Below the pieces are notes generated by a model. The model saw only the letters and a program-made list of their open reading frames with translations, was not told the DNA's origin and did no database searches. DNA of 64,000 nucleotides from a virus: IMG/VR virus record IMGVR_UViG_3300043411_001118, positions 39,808 through 103,807 of that record. The stretch is one strand, 5' to 3'. The position numbers were made by a program, and so were the translations under genes. Below are positions 1 through 9,281 of the stretch, piece by piece (position 1 is the first letter of the stretch; every line of letters starts with the position of its first letter).

Positions 1-218
1 GCTGGAACTGGATGCCTTCGTTTCGGAACACCCATAATTTTTGGAAGATCAAATTGATAGTCTGGATTATATTGTACGCCCAAAATTGCTTTCAATTCGG
101 GAACCAAATTACAATAATATTTTAATGCATCGACTCGATCTTCCTCTGGATGAGCAAGAATTTTTTCGACCATTTCGGCCATTGTATATTTGAAATCGTG
201 AACTGGTTTTACGAACAC
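1..218 (-). CDS. Partial conserved T4-like hypothetical protein downstream of RNase H (DUF6433-like); runs off the window
   Basis: Manual translation: (V)FVKPVHDFKYTMAEMVEKILAHPEEDRVDALKYYCNLVPELKAILGVQYNPDYQFDLP..., open to the window edge; starts right after the rnh stop. Confidence 0.6.
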   Translation of the reverse strand, partial: MFVKPVHDFKYTMAEMVEKILAHPEEDRVDALKYYCNLVPELKAILGVQYNPDYQFDLPKIMGVPKRRHPVP

Positions 219-1073
219 TTAAAAATCTCCTACAGAACCAGAAAGTTGTCTCAGACCATTCGACAAAAGGAAATTATATATTTTTGAACGTCCAACCGGC
301 TTATGGTTATCGTATGTTTGAATGATCTTATCCTTCAATGCTTCTGGTGTAAAGGATAGGTCAATTAGCCACTGATTCCTTTCATAGTTTTTCTTCTTAA
401 CCTCAGTATCACAAACAGCATCAAGAGGCATTTTGATCCATTCATCAAGTTTGACTTGGTAAATGTTTTTCTGCCTCTTATCTGGATTCATGATAGCATC
501 ATCATCCGATAGAAAATTCGGAACCCCGTCTCCCTTATCACCCTCAAAAATCTTTCTCTTGAGAGCAATGATTGGGCAATCTGGTTTTAAAAACCTCTTT
601 TTTCCTGGAGAAAATTGAGACACCAAGGGATATTTTTGAAGTTGAATAAAATCTTCATCTGACGAAACGATCACAATCGGTTCAACAGTTCCAAATCTTG
701 TTGCTAATACTCCGATAATATCGTCTGCCTCTGCGCCATCAACCTCCACAAGTTTATAAGGCATGTTATCTCGTAGTTCGGATTTGATGATATCAAAGCA
801 CTTAAAAATTTCTTCCCAATCGAACCCAGATTTTTCTCTAGCAGATTTCCTCTTTCCCTTATAATGAGTGAATCGCGCCTTCCTCCAAGTATTTTTTGCA
901 TCACAGCAAATAACTAGTTCGCCGTACTCATGAAAAAATTTTCTTCGATAAAATAACAGGGTTTTGTATGCCATGTGTCTTACGAGATCCACTGATATCT
1001 CAGCATTTGGATCGGACCCAATTTGGATCATAAGACTTGAAATCATTATTTGACTGAAATCTATTAACTGCAT
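219..1073 (-). CDS. rnh: T4-type RNase H / 5'-3' exonuclease
   Basis: LIDFSQI, WRK..F..YK..R, EADDIIG, SSDEDF.QL and GDKGDGVPN motifs. Confidence 0.95.
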   Translation of the reverse strand: MQLIDFSQIMISSLMIQIGSDPNAEISVDLVRHMAYKTLLFYRRKFFHEYGELVICCDAKNTWRKARFTHYKGKRKSAREKSGFDWEEIFKCFDIIKSELRDNMPYKLVEVDGAEADDIIGVLATRFGTVEPIVIVSSDEDFIQLQKYPLVSQFSPGKKRFLKPDCPIIALKRKIFEGDKGDGVPNFLSDDDAIMNPDKRQKNIYQVKLDEWIKMPLDAVCDTEVKKKNYERNQWLIDLSFTPEALKDKIIQTYDNHKPVGRSKIYNFLLSNGLRQLSGSVGDF

Positions 1074-1189
1074 GATTAACCCACCCAAAAATCGTACATA
1101 AATTTTACCAATGTCATTGTCGAAAATGTTATAATAAGAATAAGGGACACATAAAAAAAGAAGTTTGCAATCTTATACATATTTGATCC

Positions 1190-2572
1190 TTACAAAGTAA
1201 CTAGTTCCCAGTCTGGTTTACGAACATTGATTTCTGATGTGTGGAAATATAATTCCAATGCAGCCATCAATTCATAATCCTTCTCTGTTCCACCAACGCG
1301 CTCCAATTCAATATCTCCAAGAAGTGTTTCGAATGTTGGATGAAAATCGTCCTTGGTCAATTCCGACACAGATTCAACATCCCTGTTAGAAATTTTCATC
1401 TTCCCGCCATAGCGATACTTGCAATATCGATCAAAGTATTGAAGATTTTTTCCAGATAATACCGGAACATTATTAACAGCGAATCGAGAATACAAATGAT
1501 TGGCCTCAATGTTTTTTAGAGAAACTAAGTGCTGTATGTTGTTTCGATGTATCGCCTCATGTAATGCATCGATTCCCTCAAACGGAAGTTTGTAAATGTG
1601 AGCCTCTACATCACAATCAATTGGTGGCCAAAAATTTCTAGTGTTCATTTCAGAAAATTCTTCACATGCCACAGCCGCAAGCATTCCTATTTCTTCTGTT
1701 GGTGTGTATGTATCATCAACATAAAATTGAGACATGGCACGATTGAAATAGAATACTGAATTCTTCCCTTCTCCAGCTTGGTACTTGTTTAAATTAATCC
1801 AAAGTGCGTAATTTTTATCTCCACACAAATATGCAAATTGAGACACGTTAACAACATCATCTAATCTATTTGTCGATGAATCTTTCCAGACCGGAAAGAC
1901 CCTCTTAACAATTGATCCTGGTTCTTCTAAGAGTCTTGGTTCGTAAGCAACATAATTTCGAATATCTGCGCCGTAAGTTTCGGCCAAATATTTTGCAAGT
2001 TTGATTGTTAAATTAACATCGTCCCTGGACTCATGCGTTTGATCTCCGGTCATTAGACCGAATTTCGAACAAAGATTTTCCAGTTTCAATGTCGTTTTCT
2101 GATCGATGATATCAATCTTATCGAGGAATTTTTGTTCACATGTTGCGAGACGTTGCGCCATATGTAACAAGTCTTTACATTGAACCGCCTTCCCCCAATA
2201 TGGAGAAATGCCATTACGAATCATACATGTTCTTAAATATTTGATATCGAATTTATTTGAGTTATACCCAATCAATCGAACTGGTTCTCCTGAGCTATCG
2301 GCCCTCTCAGAAATTCCTCTAACAAACCTTTCAATCTTAACCATGGCTTCAACCTCTGTCATTGCATATGGATCGCTTTGATGATCCATAACATTAATGC
2401 GGTTGATTTTGATTGCCTTTGGTTTCGGAAGAACCAATCGATTTAATTTGATTGAAGATGAAAGAGTTTCGAGAACTTCCCAAGTTTCATCAACTAAAGT
2501 GAAACAAAAATTTAGAATTTGGCCAGTAGTTGCAAGATCTGTGGTTTCCAGATCGTAAAAAATTGATTTCAT
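1190..2572 (-). CDS. DEDDh 3'-5' exonuclease, exonuclease I (SbcB)-like
   Basis: FYDLETT (Exo I), GYNSNKFD (Exo II), HESRDDV (Exo III); 460 aa. Confidence 0.8.
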   Translation of the reverse strand: MKSIFYDLETTDLATTGQILNFCFTLVDETWEVLETLSSSIKLNRLVLPKPKAIKINRINVMDHQSDPYAMTEVEAMVKIERFVRGISERADSSGEPVRLIGYNSNKFDIKYLRTCMIRNGISPYWGKAVQCKDLLHMAQRLATCEQKFLDKIDIIDQKTTLKLENLCSKFGLMTGDQTHESRDDVNLTIKLAKYLAETYGADIRNYVAYEPRLLEEPGSIVKRVFPVWKDSSTNRLDDVVNVSQFAYLCGDKNYALWINLNKYQAGEGKNSVFYFNRAMSQFYVDDTYTPTEEIGMLAAVACEEFSEMNTRNFWPPIDCDVEAHIYKLPFEGIDALHEAIHRNNIQHLVSLKNIEANHLYSRFAVNNVPVLSGKNLQYFDRYCKYRYGGKMKISNRDVESVSELTKDDFHPTFETLLGDIELERVGGTEKDYELMAALELYFHTSEINVRKPDWELVTL

Positions 2573-2589
2573 TTCTACTCCGAGAAAAT

Positions 2590-2847
2590 TTAATCAATTC
2601 TGACACAATAGTATTTGTCTGTATAGATATTGCCCCATGGCTTTAAAATTACACTAGAATCGTCCGGGGTAATCTTTTCAAACCGGACAGACGAATTTAT
2701 AAAATCGTGACCCACATAAGTCACCTTGTCTTTACAATAATCATCATGACTCATCTGGTGATATAAATGGTACTTCTCCCCGACAATCATCTTCGATTCG
2801 GTTTCTTTGTGGGCTTCAAACTCTTGTTTGGTTATTGGTTCGCTCAT
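2590..2847 (-). CDS. Hypothetical protein
   Basis: 85-aa ORF tightly packed in operon. Confidence 0.6.
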   Translation of the reverse strand: MSEPITKQEFEAHKETESKMIVGEKYHLYHQMSHDDYCKDKVTYVGHDFINSSVRFEKITPDDSSVILKPWGNIYTDKYYCVRID

Positions 2848-2850
2848 GAT

Positions 2851-3138
2851 TTATTTGGACCTCTTCTTAGGTTTGGGACGGTCTGCCAGATTCATTTCTT
2901 TCTCAAAGAATTTTAAAAAATCTACGTCGAGTGGTTTTTGTGGCCATCTCGAAATGTTAGAAATATAATTTGTTCCCATGCATGGAGAGATCACATCAAT
3001 TATCAAAGAGATTGGCGTATGTCTAAAATTAAGACTGAGTGTTCTAGTAATTCCGTGATTAACCGAAATTTCCACACTGTCCAGTAGATACACGTCAAAC
3101 GTTTTCTTCTTCCATTTTAATGTTCTGATTTTCCACAT
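2851..3138 (-). CDS. Hypothetical protein (start revised to MWKIRT...)
   Basis: ATG overlaps the stop of the upstream ORF (TAATG). Confidence 0.6.
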   Translation of the reverse strand: MWKIRTLKWKKKTFDVYLLDSVEISVNHGITRTLSLNFRHTPISLIIDVISPCMGTNYISNISRWPQKPLDVDFLKFFEKEMNLADRPKPKKRSK

Positions 3139-3317
3139 TATGATGTCACCAAAATTAAATCCTTTTCTTCGGTGGTGTGAATCTCTTTTAATGGTAGTTT
3201 TTCGAAGTTGTCTGGAACGGAAAGCCAAACTAGCCTTTCCTTACCAGTCAGTGGATCAAAATCGTTCAACTGAAACAGCAACGTTCTTAGCTCTTGAATG
3301 GTTATTTGTTTGTCCAT
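3138..3317 (-). CDS. Small hypothetical protein (59 aa, not in ORF track)
   Basis: MDKQITIQELRTLLFQLNDFDPLTGKERLVWLS...; follows a TTGACA promoter; translationally coupled to the next gene. Confidence 0.6.
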   Translation of the reverse strand: MDKQITIQELRTLLFQLNDFDPLTGKERLVWLSVPDNFEKLPLKEIHTTEEKDLILVTS

Positions 3318-3363
3318 TATGACCCTTGATGGTTATTACTTTACCCATTTAGAATTCTCGCTT

Positions 3364-3391
3364 ATCTTACCAAGTATATAATGACTGTCAA
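3364..3391 (-). promoter_or_regulatory. Sigma70-type early promoter
   Basis: TTGACA-N16-TAAGAT on minus strand. Confidence 0.5.
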
Positions 3392-3409
3392 GAATCGATT
3401 TTATTAAAA

Positions 3410-4231
3410 ATGAAAAAATACTTAATTCCTCCATGCGCTTATCAAGGCGGCAAACAACGATTATCTAAAATCATTGTTGACGAAATTTTAAAAAATACAG
3501 ATTCAACAACCAACTTTGTCGATCTCTGTTGTGGGAGTGGTGCAATTTCTTTGGAGTTAATCAATCGAGGAACTTCTCCAAAACAAATAACAATGGTCGA
3601 TCTTTCTCCGTGGGGTTTGTTCTGGGAATCGATTGGAAACGAAACCTTCAATCTGATGACATGGAAGTTTTGTATTGATTCAATCCCAACAGATCCTAGA
3701 CTGATCAAATCTTACGTTGAACACATTCGAAATTCTAAACCAGGAGAAAATAAATTATATGAATTTTTAATTTTACAGGCATGTTCGTTTGGTTCCACAC
3801 CGGTCTATATTAAAAATGGTATTTGGAATCAATGTGGCTTCAGAAACTACTGGACCCCAACAGCTACGAGCAATAGAAAATCTCATGTGAATCCGATGAT
3901 GCCTATGCCACAAACCTTATATCAAAGAGTTGTTGATATAGTACAAACTGCTAATGGAGTTTGTGGATATTGTACAAACGTAGAAACGTTCGCCCCCGAA
4001 AAATCTTCTGTTGTTTATATTGATCCACCATATCAGAAAACTTCTGGGTATGGATATAATTTTGATTACATGACATTCATTAAAAATAATCCAACCACAA
4101 AAATTTATCTATCAGAAGGAATTTCTTTATCCGAGAATTCGATTCTTCTTTCAAATATCAGAAAGAAGGGTGGAATCAGTGGATCAAGAAAATCTTCCAA
4201 CGAAGAATGGCTTAATATTTTTGGTTCCTAA
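3410..4231 (+). CDS. DNA adenine methyltransferase (D12/Dam-like class)
   Basis: YQGGK, DLCCGSG (SAM binding) and IDPPY catalytic motif. Confidence 0.85.
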   Translation: MKKYLIPPCAYQGGKQRLSKIIVDEILKNTDSTTNFVDLCCGSGAISLELINRGTSPKQITMVDLSPWGLFWESIGNETFNLMTWKFCIDSIPTDPRLIKSYVEHIRNSKPGENKLYEFLILQACSFGSTPVYIKNGIWNQCGFRNYWTPTATSNRKSHVNPMMPMPQTLYQRVVDIVQTANGVCGYCTNVETFAPEKSSVVYIDPPYQKTSGYGYNFDYMTFIKNNPTTKIYLSEGISLSENSILLSNIRKKGGISGSRKSSNEEWLNIFGS

Positions 4232-4995
4232 AGATTCGTTTGTGGTAGTTTTATAGCAACCATTCCAACCGCCTCAACTAGCTTCGCATCGTCAATTAAG
4301 TGGTCAGCGAGCCGCGCCATAACCTGAGACGCATACTTTTCTGCCTGTGTTCCTGTCCCATTGTATTCACGGAAACACTCCCTCAGCCTTTTACTCTTTG
4401 GGTTAACTTCGCGCCTGTCGTAAAGACACTGTGAGATTATTTTGAGTCCACAATCCAAATTGGTGCTGGTCGATAATAGGTCTGTGTAATTTTCGATCCC
4501 ACAAAAATCCTTCCAGATGATATATGACACTTGCATTAAACCAAACGAAGAGAATTGAAGATCGTACTCGATATCATTCATCCACGCTTGCTTTGGATAT
4601 TTTTTGCTATATTGGGTTTTCCAAGATTCCTCAAACCGAATTCTTGTTGGAGCAAGGTTCGATTCCTGGTCCACGATTGCCCAGGTGATGGCCGGACTGA
4701 CCCCGTACTTCGATGAATACGTTCTAACGACTGTATCTAGGTCGGCAACGGATGGACCGTTCTCTGGTCTATACTCAATAACTTTAAAATGCTCTTTGAT
4801 TCTGTATGAATAATAGTCAACTTTATCTTGTGACCAAGTGAGAGCCTGTTCTGTATATTTTGCAACTTGAACTGAAACCAAAATGAACGCGATTAAAAAG
4901 AAAGAATACTTAAAGGTTCTTTTCCAGAATAATTTTTTTCTATTTGGAATTTCCTGCTCTTTAGTGAGCGTAATAATATTTTCAGAATTAGACAT
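4228..4995 (-). CDS. Lytic transglycosylase (SLT domain) with N-terminal membrane anchor
   Basis: AIVDQESN (catalytic E), FGLMQV, YNG; hydrophobic segment FKYSFFLIAFILVSVQVA. Confidence 0.85.
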   Translation of the reverse strand: MSNSENIITLTKEQEIPNRKKLFWKRTFKYSFFLIAFILVSVQVAKYTEQALTWSQDKVDYYSYRIKEHFKVIEYRPENGPSVADLDTVVRTYSSKYGVSPAITWAIVDQESNLAPTRIRFEESWKTQYSKKYPKQAWMNDIEYDLQFSSFGLMQVSYIIWKDFCGIENYTDLLSTSTNLDCGLKIISQCLYDRREVNPKSKRLRECFREYNGTGTQAEKYASQVMARLADHLIDDAKLVEAVGMVAIKLPQTNL

Positions 4996-5039
4996 ATAAT
5001 CTCCTGTTTCTGATTAAAAAATTAAACTACAATAGAGCG

Positions 5040-5068
5040 AGAATATCAAACCGATCCAAAATTGTCAA
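5040..5068 (-). promoter_or_regulatory. Sigma70-type early promoter upstream of the SLT gene
   Basis: TTGACA-N17-TATTCT with TG extension; GGAG RBS downstream. Confidence 0.55.
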
Positions 5069-5102
5069 AACAAATTTACTTTGTTGGGAACGGTGTTTGA
5101 AA

Positions 5103-5177
5103 GGTTGCAGGGACGGGATTTGCACCCGTGTTCTACAGAGTATGAGTCTGTCGAGATACTAGCTTCTCCACCCTGCT
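5103..5177 (-). tRNA. tRNA-Met(CAT), initiator-like
   Basis: Cloverleaf AGCAGGG-TG-GAGA...TCTC-G-ACAGA-CTCATAC-TCTGT-AGAAC-ACGGG-TGCAAAT-CCCGT-CCCTGCA-ACC. Confidence 0.85.
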
Positions 5178-5183
5178 ATGAAT

Positions 5184-5510
5184 CTATTCGTTATTTATGA
5201 TTTTGAAGTCCAAGATAGTATCCAAGTTGAACGATCTCCATTCATTGGTCTTGGTTTCAAGGACCGGCAAATTTTTTGGATTCTTGGCCCTTGGCTTAGT
5301 TTCTTCCCCCAATTCTGCCTTTGTTGGTGGAAGCATTTCATTTATTAGTGTGCATTCCATCACGCGCTTCGTTCCATCAGCTTTTTGAAAAGTGACTTCG
5401 CAAATATTCTGCTTCATACATTGCTGCATGACGTGTCTGAGCGTATACAAGTATTTTTGCTCTAGAGTTAATTCGGTAACAGACGTTGGTTCCATTGTAT
5501 TTTCTGTCAT
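5184..5510 (-). CDS. WYL-like/SH3 beta-barrel protein (T4 61.1-like)
   Basis: VTFQKADGTKRVM.CTL ... WRSF motif. Confidence 0.75.
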   Translation of the reverse strand: MTENTMEPTSVTELTLEQKYLYTLRHVMQQCMKQNICEVTFQKADGTKRVMECTLINEMLPPTKAELGEETKPRAKNPKNLPVLETKTNEWRSFNLDTILDFKIINNE

Positions 5511-5965
5511 AACACTTTTCCTTGATATCGATCAGTCGTATGATGATCGGTTAGTCTATTCTGTCTTTCAACAAATTTCAAATATCCCTCCGGGATGTAT
5601 TGCTTATTTGCTGCGCGATATTCATCAGAAAGTTTGTCGGTCCTTCCAGATAAAATTGTTTCATAATCGTACTTCCATTTCTCTGGAACGTCAAATACAA
5701 ATGCCCTGTAGCCAGGTTCGGGAATATACTCGATTATATAATTTGGATATTTTGTAATACGATCTACTTGTTCATAATATTGTTTATCGCCATAGCCAGT
5801 TTTAGATAGCCATAGATGCAATTTTAGAACATATTTTGGCTGATTATTATGTTGTATGGAGATGTCACAAAAATTCGGAAGATCGTTTAAAGGAATTTCG
5901 AAGAATGGAAAAAACCAGAACGCACAATTTTCTTTTCCGCTTGCAAAATCACGAACTTTTCTCAT
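5507..5965 (-). CDS. Hypothetical protein
   Basis: 152-aa ORF overlapping both neighbours. Confidence 0.6.
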   Translation of the reverse strand: MRKVRDFASGKENCAFWFFPFFEIPLNDLPNFCDISIQHNNQPKYVLKLHLWLSKTGYGDKQYYEQVDRITKYPNYIIEYIPEPGYRAFVFDVPEKWKYDYETILSGRTDKLSDEYRAANKQYIPEGYLKFVERQNRLTDHHTTDRYQGKVL

Positions 5966-6569
5966 TTGGTTTTATGATATTTTGGTGGAGATACTTGCAC
6001 AAATAGTATGCATCAATTAAATCGTCCGTTGGATTAGTTTTCTTCAATCCTTCAGTTCCGAGTAGTATACCTAATTTGATGCCAGTTTGCTCCAAAAAGG
6101 ATTCATAAATTTGATCTTTTTTTGCATTCCCCTTTCCAGTAGCAAATTTTTTTAGTGTGCCAGGAGAGATTGCGGAATATTTTATTCTTGGATGATTTTT
6201 GTAAAATTTGTGTTTAAGAACTCCACCATTTTCTCCGATATGAAATCCGGCACCCCTTGATCCATAGGAGTAATCCTCTAATAAGATTACAGATTGTGGA
6301 AGGATTTTGGACATTGCCCAGGATGACAAATCATCAAATCTTTTCTCGCTGTCATTAAACAATGGAGCCAATGTTCCAATAATATTTTTTTCGTAAACTC
6401 CAGCCTTACTTTTCTGTGTGGTATAGAAATTGAATATGCAAGTCTCGTACTTGAAATCTAACCACAGAGGATGGGAACAGATCGCAGGACTTGTCATCGA
6501 CAAGTCAATTCCAACAACGTTATAATAAATATCATCAATACCAAAGTCTAAACTTCGATTCGTCTTCAA
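5949..6569 (-). CDS. RuvC-like Holliday junction resolvase
   Basis: GIDLSMT, LEDYSY, ENGGVLK, KKFATGKGNAKK, DLIDAY. Confidence 0.85.
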   Translation of the reverse strand: MKTNRSLDFGIDDIYYNVVGIDLSMTSPAICSHPLWLDFKYETCIFNFYTTQKSKAGVYEKNIIGTLAPLFNDSEKRFDDLSSWAMSKILPQSVILLEDYSYGSRGAGFHIGENGGVLKHKFYKNHPRIKYSAISPGTLKKFATGKGNAKKDQIYESFLEQTGIKLGILLGTEGLKKTNPTDDLIDAYYLCKYLHQNIIKPNEKSS

Positions 6570-6721
6570 TCCGAATCGTCTACCTCTTTCTCAAAATCAT
6601 CGTCATCTTCCTCAGTAACAATTTCTTCTCCGCAAAACGGACAGAAACAAATTGGTTCGCGCACCTCATACAAAACCGAATATACAATATCGCAATTCGG
6701 ACACTCGATCTTAACTTTCAT
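6566..6721 (-). CDS. Small zinc-ribbon protein (51 aa, not in ORF track)
   Basis: MKVKIECPNC...FCPFCGEE plus acidic tail; stop overlaps resolvase start. Confidence 0.7.
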   Translation of the reverse strand: MKVKIECPNCDIVYSVLYEVREPICFCPFCGEEIVTEEDDDDFEKEVDDSD

Positions 6722-6917
6722 TCAGCAATTTCCTTTTATCTTGTGATTGATTTTCTACTTCCCCTAGTTCTTGAAAGTCAGTAAAACTCATTGAAGTCTT
6801 ATGAACAAGGTTCATAAAATCTTTAAATTTGTTAAGTGCAGCCGCCGAATCTTTCGCGGTACAGCCCCACTGTCGGCTTGTGTTTTCGATGTTATATGTG
6901 AATTGATATTTCTTCAT
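6711..6917 (-). CDS. Hypothetical protein
   Basis: 68-aa ORF with AGGA RBS. Confidence 0.55.
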   Translation of the reverse strand: MKKYQFTYNIENTSRQWGCTAKDSAAALNKFKDFMNLVHKTSMSFTDFQELGEVENQSQDKRKLLNES

Positions 6918-6931
6918 GTTTCCTTATATAG

Positions 6932-9202
6932 CTAATTCAATGGTTGTTTATTAAAATCAACCGGACATGCCCCACCATCACACTTCACATGAGAAAAATC
7001 TAAGTCTTCCTTCTCTTCTCTAATTATTGCCCTAGAAATTTCTTCGTATTGAGCCTTAGTAATTGGTTCTTCTGGTTGATATTCATATGCGGTCATATCT
7101 GCTTGTGGCATGACCGAACAACACTTAATTTTTTTCTGATGTAAGTACAACATCCGTTTAAATTCTGCATAAGAAACTAATTCTGGACGATACTTAAGAG
7201 TATAAGAAATCTGATTTCCGTATTGTTGTTCTTGTTGAACCCCATTTTCATCTATCCCATCTATCCAATATTTTTCTCCGAGAACCAACCATTGATATTG
7301 CTCTCCTGGTGTAGCATCTCCTGCCATAACCAACCTATCCTCCATCCCCAATGACGCAATTGTTGGACAAGTCGGAAACCCGATAATAACGGTTCCTTGA
7401 TAAGTTTTTAATTCTCTTGTTGGATACCCAGATTTTTTATACGTCTCGACCAAAGAATCATCCGAACGAAACTGCACCCATCGTAAATAATAACTCATTG
7501 CGGGAAGGTGCCAGCCTTCAGTAAGACCAAAAATTTTCGATGTAGTACCGGCTGGCTTGATGGTTGTCATCGTATGTGGAATATTTCGTCCAAGAATTTT
7601 TGAATATTTTTCGGACTCATCTTTTACTGCATGGTTAAATCTATTGAGCGTTAACCAAAAATCTTTTGATTTCTTTTCATCGATTAAATCTCTAAAACCA
7701 TAACCAAAAAATTTCCATGCGAATTCGTGAATACCTGTAATACCAACTCCAATCCGATTTGTTCGATCTACTTCTTTCTTGTATAAAAAATCCATTAGAT
7801 TTGTTCTGATGAGCGCCCGTGTAGTTGCGCGAAACGCATCTTCTGCTTCATCTAACGTATCGGCATGAAATGGAACAACATCAGCTATTGTGCAATAGGC
7901 ACCAAGCATGTTTAGAGCCACTTCACCACATGGGTTAGTGATCATTACATTTTTTTTCTTCTTTGCTCTCTTTGCCAGTTTACTCATCAGTATTTGAGTA
8001 TCATCATTAAGCTGATATTTTTTACTTCCAACGTAATCGCCCCGATTCAAATCTTCCCATCCAGACAAATTTTGAGCCAACTTATCTTGATTAATAATCC
8101 CCGGTTCTCCTGTTCCATCTGCATAAGAACAGAGTGTTAATAATTCATGAACCTTTCTTGCATGAATTGCTAATTCGGATTTGTATTTCGAGTCTTTCTT
8201 TTTGAGTGATAGTAAATCCCAATATTCTTTATCGACCGTAACGCTATTATTTGAAGACCACAAAAAACTGAACAAGGACGATTGTTTTCTGAGATTAATT
8301 ATTTTTTCTAAATCCGCGCCGATAAATTCTATCGGACGCTTTATTTGAATAAAGTCTAAAATTGTTTTGTCTCTCCAATTTTTTGTGGACATCCGGGCTG
8401 CGCGTCTCGCACCACCAACCAATACACACTCCGCGAAATAATGATCAATGAACAGTGCTTGTTTCCATGCCGACAGGCCAGCGCCTTTTAATGATGCTGC
8501 CTTTTGAAAAGCGTTCATCAATGGAACGGGACCACTCGCAGGACGATTTTGCATCCCACCAATCAAAGAACCTCTGCACCTAACTTTTGAAAAATCCAAG
8601 ATCAGCATTTTATCTCGGTGAATTTTTTCGAACGCCGAATTTTCCCAAATTTCTAATGCCTTAGCCCAACCTTCTCGACTATCTGGAACCTCGAACCAAA
8701 GAATGTCCTTTCCGTTTCCGTATTTGTGTTTAGCATCCCTAGCACTTTCATGTGCTGAAAAATCGAAATCTTTGTGCGTTTCGTCTAAAACACATCTAAT
8801 CGTTGGAGCATTATCCCAATTCACAACAATAACATCATCATCATATGCACGACCCACACCCGACCCATTTAAAAGCAAATAAAATAATAAAAATGATGTT
8901 GGGGCAGTAGCACAATTGGTAAAAACCTCTCCATTTCTTAGTGGCTGATTAATATCTCCATGTTGTAAGTGTCTGCCCGATAACAGAATAGTTCCCTTAG
9001 CAATGTGTTGCTCTAAAATATTCCCCTCTTGTTCCCCACGATTCTCATCAGGATCTAATAATGAATTTCCTAATGCAACACGCTTTGCAACATCCCCCCA
9101 AGATTCCCTTTCCCCATTTTCTTTAATTCTTAATATTGTTCTTTCAGCAACAGCTTGACCCATACCAGAGTCTAATTCTCTAACAAATATTTTATTGGAC
9201 AT
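6932..9202 (-). CDS. nrdJ: Class II (adenosylcobalamin-dependent) ribonucleotide reductase
   Basis: TNC, NPCGE, TIKPAGT, C-terminal CDGGACP redox pair; no adjacent beta subunit. Confidence 0.9.
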   Translation of the reverse strand: MSNKIFVRELDSGMGQAVAERTILRIKENGERESWGDVAKRVALGNSLLDPDENRGEQEGNILEQHIAKGTILLSGRHLQHGDINQPLRNGEVFTNCATAPTSFLLFYLLLNGSGVGRAYDDDVIVVNWDNAPTIRCVLDETHKDFDFSAHESARDAKHKYGNGKDILWFEVPDSREGWAKALEIWENSAFEKIHRDKMLILDFSKVRCRGSLIGGMQNRPASGPVPLMNAFQKAASLKGAGLSAWKQALFIDHYFAECVLVGGARRAARMSTKNWRDKTILDFIQIKRPIEFIGADLEKIINLRKQSSLFSFLWSSNNSVTVDKEYWDLLSLKKKDSKYKSELAIHARKVHELLTLCSYADGTGEPGIINQDKLAQNLSGWEDLNRGDYVGSKKYQLNDDTQILMSKLAKRAKKKKNVMITNPCGEVALNMLGAYCTIADVVPFHADTLDEAEDAFRATTRALIRTNLMDFLYKKEVDRTNRIGVGITGIHEFAWKFFGYGFRDLIDEKKSKDFWLTLNRFNHAVKDESEKYSKILGRNIPHTMTTIKPAGTTSKIFGLTEGWHLPAMSYYLRWVQFRSDDSLVETYKKSGYPTRELKTYQGTVIIGFPTCPTIASLGMEDRLVMAGDATPGEQYQWLVLGEKYWIDGIDENGVQQEQQYGNQISYTLKYRPELVSYAEFKRMLYLHQKKIKCCSVMPQADMTAYEYQPEEPITKAQYEEISRAIIREEKEDLDFSHVKCDGGACPVDFNKQPLN

Positions 9203-9281
9203 ATGACCTTAATAATTTTTGGATGTGTGTTTATATATCCAGAACGATTTTTAGTAAAGAAGTTTGAACGAAAACAACTAA

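Noticed and set aside
2851-3228. 125-aa version of the ORF
   Set aside because: The upstream part is occupied by a separate 59-aa gene in another frame, coupled by TAATG
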